NCBI GenBank assembly: GCA_963798485.1
Contig: CAWCTR010000014.1
Coordinates: 352,001-416,000, forward strand
From: an uncultured delta proteobacterium
Lineage (GTDB): Bacteria > Desulfobacterota > Desulfomonilia > UBA1062
Direction: 5' to 3'
DNA: 64,000 nucleotides
Part shown: piece after piece, positions 61,910 to 64,000 of the stretch
Layout: each line of letters begins with the position of its first letter
Position numbering within the stretch: position 1 is the stretch's first letter
Notes under the pieces: model-generated
Seen by the model: the letters and a program-made list of their open reading frames with translations, nothing else
Told to the model about the DNA's origin: nothing
The model's database searches: none
Translations under genes and position numbers: made by a program

Positions 61910-62932
61910 ATGTCTATGAAAAAAATCACCGTCCGACTGGTCTTTTCTCTGCTATTCTTAAGCCTTCTTGCAAGTTGCGGAGGTGGCGGCGGAAGCAGCA
62001 CGGCCTCACCCGAGGAAACAACAAATACGAGCCTCTATTTCCCAAATGCAATCCAGTATGAGGATGCCAATCAAGTGCTTAAAGAATCGGCAACCATGGA
62101 TGTTGTATTCAGCGATCAGAATTTTACCGTATCAACCGTCATGTATTCATATACCAACGGATCACCCGATACGAAAACGGTGATCGCAAAGAAAGATGTA
62201 GTCCTTGACTATACCGGTAACATCCTTTCCGATACCACTGACCTCTCTTCTCTCGGTTCCAGTTTACAGACCGTCGAATACACCTATGACAAAGATGCAT
62301 CCGGCAGTACCATCAAGCGCGCTTATGATGTTGACAGTACCGGCACAAGGACCTTGAGCAATTCGGAAAAAATCGATTACACAAGCGACGGCAAGATCTC
62401 GAAGCTTACCTCTTTCAACGGGGACATCAGCCAGCCTCCGGCAAGCTACACCACCTACACATATGACGCATCGGGCAACCTCATTGAAGAGGATATCGAT
62501 GCTGATGCCGATCCGGCAACGCCTCCGGAGAAGCATACCTACACTTACGACGATAAGGGGAACATGGCAAGCGAGGTGGTGGATGACTCCGGGAACAATA
62601 CGTATAATAAGTATGAATATTCCTATGATGACCATGGGAACAAGGTGCTGAAAAGCTGCTATTCTTGGAACGCCGAATATGAGGATTGGAACAAAAATCC
62701 TGACTGGACCGATGCCTGGTACTATGTATACAACACAGTAACCGGTCTGCCGGAGCGGGTGAACTACAACAAAGGGAGCGACACTACGATCGAGGAATAC
62801 ACTAACATCGCCTGGATGGAGTATTCGGCCCCGAGCAAGGCGTCAATCCTTCTGAAGCTCTCGCTTGACGACATCAGGGGGATGTTCCTATCCGCCCAAG
62901 GTGCACCGACAATCCCGGGAGTATCGAACTGA
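61910..62932 (+). CDS. Lipoprotein with YD/RHS-like repeats
   Basis: LASC lipobox, G-rich linker, repeated YTYDxxGN. Confidence 0.8.
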   Translation: MSMKKITVRLVFSLLFLSLLASCGGGGGSSTASPEETTNTSLYFPNAIQYEDANQVLKESATMDVVFSDQNFTVSTVMYSYTNGSPDTKTVIAKKDVVLDYTGNILSDTTDLSSLGSSLQTVEYTYDKDASGSTIKRAYDVDSTGTRTLSNSEKIDYTSDGKISKLTSFNGDISQPPASYTTYTYDASGNLIEEDIDADADPATPPEKHTYTYDDKGNMASEVVDDSGNNTYNKYEYSYDDHGNKVLKSCYSWNAEYEDWNKNPDWTDAWYYVYNTVTGLPERVNYNKGSDTTIEEYTNIAWMEYSAPSKASILLKLSLDDIRGMFLSAQGAPTIPGVSN

Positions 62933-63015
62933 TATCGTTTCAAACTCTATGACCGCTGCATCTTAACCCTCAGCACATACCGATCATATTTTTCCTCATT
63001 GAGTTGGAGAGTTTC

Positions 63016-63099
63016 ATGAAAAAAGCCCTTATCGCAGGCATCACCGGAAAGGATGGTCCCTCTATACCATCACGGACAGAGGACTGTCTTGCTCCGTGA
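63016..63099 (+). pseudogene. gmd: N-terminal stub of GDP-mannose 4,6-dehydratase
   Basis: MKKALIAGITGKDG resembles the Gmd start MKKALITGITGQDG; stops after 27 codons. Confidence 0.6.
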
Positions 63100-64000
63100 G
63101 AATATTGCTGATATCGCCGGGTATCGACAAGAGGTTCAGCGACATCTACCATGTCTACCGTTATATCGCCGAGCAAGGCCACCCTGTCACCGTCGTGTCG
63201 GTCAGACACGACCGACTGAAAACCGGCGGCGCGGAGCATTCTCCACTCTACGAGAGGGATGGAAATTTGACCATACACCGGATCTTCGAAGATTCCCGGG
63301 CAATGCGACAAACGGTTTATCTTCTGCGCAAGTTGCCTGAGATAAGAAACATTATCCATGAATTCAAGCCCGACATCGTTCTTTCCGACACCCCTTTCGC
63401 AACCAACCTGATCTGGCTCGGGCTCTTCCGGGCGTTGCGCTTACCGCTGGTCACCAGGGTTGAATTCTTTCACGCCAAACATCGTTCGCCCGGATTCGCG
63501 CGCGGTCAACGCCATCTGGAAAGGATCACGGGGGGGAAGAGGATATATGACACACTGTGTCTTCTTAATTGGAGAAGCGTCTGCTATCATTCAGCAGCAA
63601 TCATTTCATGCCATCACGGTGATCGTGACAGGCACGTTCCAAAGGTACACACCTGCTACATTCCGTGGCCGTCCGAAGTACCACCAGGAATACACATCAT
63701 GACCGACCGGACGCGCAAGGCGAAAAGGATCATTTTCATCGGGGCCCTCGATGAACATAAGCGCATCAAGATTTTTTTAAAGACAATGCCACTGATCTTT
63801 GCCCATACCCCGATCGAGGAGTTCTGGGTAGTTGGTTCGGGGAGGGATTTTCCGGTCATTCACGCGTTGGAGGCACAATACCCCGGAAGGATCATCCACC
63901 ATCCCTTCCTGGAGAGGGATCGGTGTCTTGCATTGATATCCGAGAGTCTCTTCGGCTATTCGCCTGCCAGGTGGGGAGCGTGGGGGTTCATCGGTGATTG
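63096..64000 (+). CDS. GT4-family (GT-B) glycosyltransferase, runs off the window end
   Basis: Open frame from GTG 63096: RILLISP...GHPVTVV, FKPDIV, IIFIGAL..HKR, VVGSG. Confidence 0.75.
   Translation, partial: MRILLISPGIDKRFSDIYHVYRYIAEQGHPVTVVSVRHDRLKTGGAEHSPLYERDGNLTIHRIFEDSRAMRQTVYLLRKLPEIRNIIHEFKPDIVLSDTPFATNLIWLGLFRALRLPLVTRVEFFHAKHRSPGFARGQRHLERITGGKRIYDTLCLLNWRSVCYHSAAIISCHHGDRDRHVPKVHTCYIPWPSEVPPGIHIMTDRTRKAKRIIFIGALDEHKRIKIFLKTMPLIFAHTPIEEFWVVGSGRDFPVIHALEAQYPGRIIHHPFLERDRCLALISESLFGYSPARWGAWGFIGD

Noticed and set aside
1-64000. CRISPR arrays, tRNA, rRNA, tmRNA
   Set aside because: No repeat-spacer periodicity or recognisable structural RNA seen by eye, including near smpB and the att sites

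Overview
Bacterial chromosomal window. Gene content and style suggest an anaerobic deltaproteobacterium (Desulfobacterota-like; this is an inference). Most of it is housekeeping: PTS IID/HPr/EI, smpB, tldD, sppA, trpB2, pth, uvrC, plsB, rlpA, eno, thiolase/hbd, tkt-tal-pgi, bfr, an acyl-CoA dehydrogenase, ada, DAHP synthase, cysteine synthase and a TPP-riboswitch thiMEC-thiL operon. Two accessory regions stand out. (1) An ~11.8-kb integrative element (8395-20232) is bounded by a perfect 27-bp direct repeat. It carries a tyrosine integrase, an Xis-like HTH and a Rep_trans rolling-circle initiator/relaxase with a CT|AA nick-site hairpin; the rep gene is split by a tandem ISL3 dimer. Its AT-rich cargo is an acyltransferase-3 plus two mosaic TMTC-like GT-C/TPR glycosyltransferases. 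It inserted inside a small Cys-rich host gene and supplies its own diverged replacement N-terminus, which uncouples that gene from trpB2. (2) An islet between rlpA and eno holds a DUF1254/DUF1214 pair, an RmInt1-like group II intron remnant reduced to domain I at a precise in-frame exon junction, and an IS110/IS1111-type element whose 3' non-coding hairpin contains short sequences matching its own target and donor sites. All family assignments come from motif recognition; no database searches were run.
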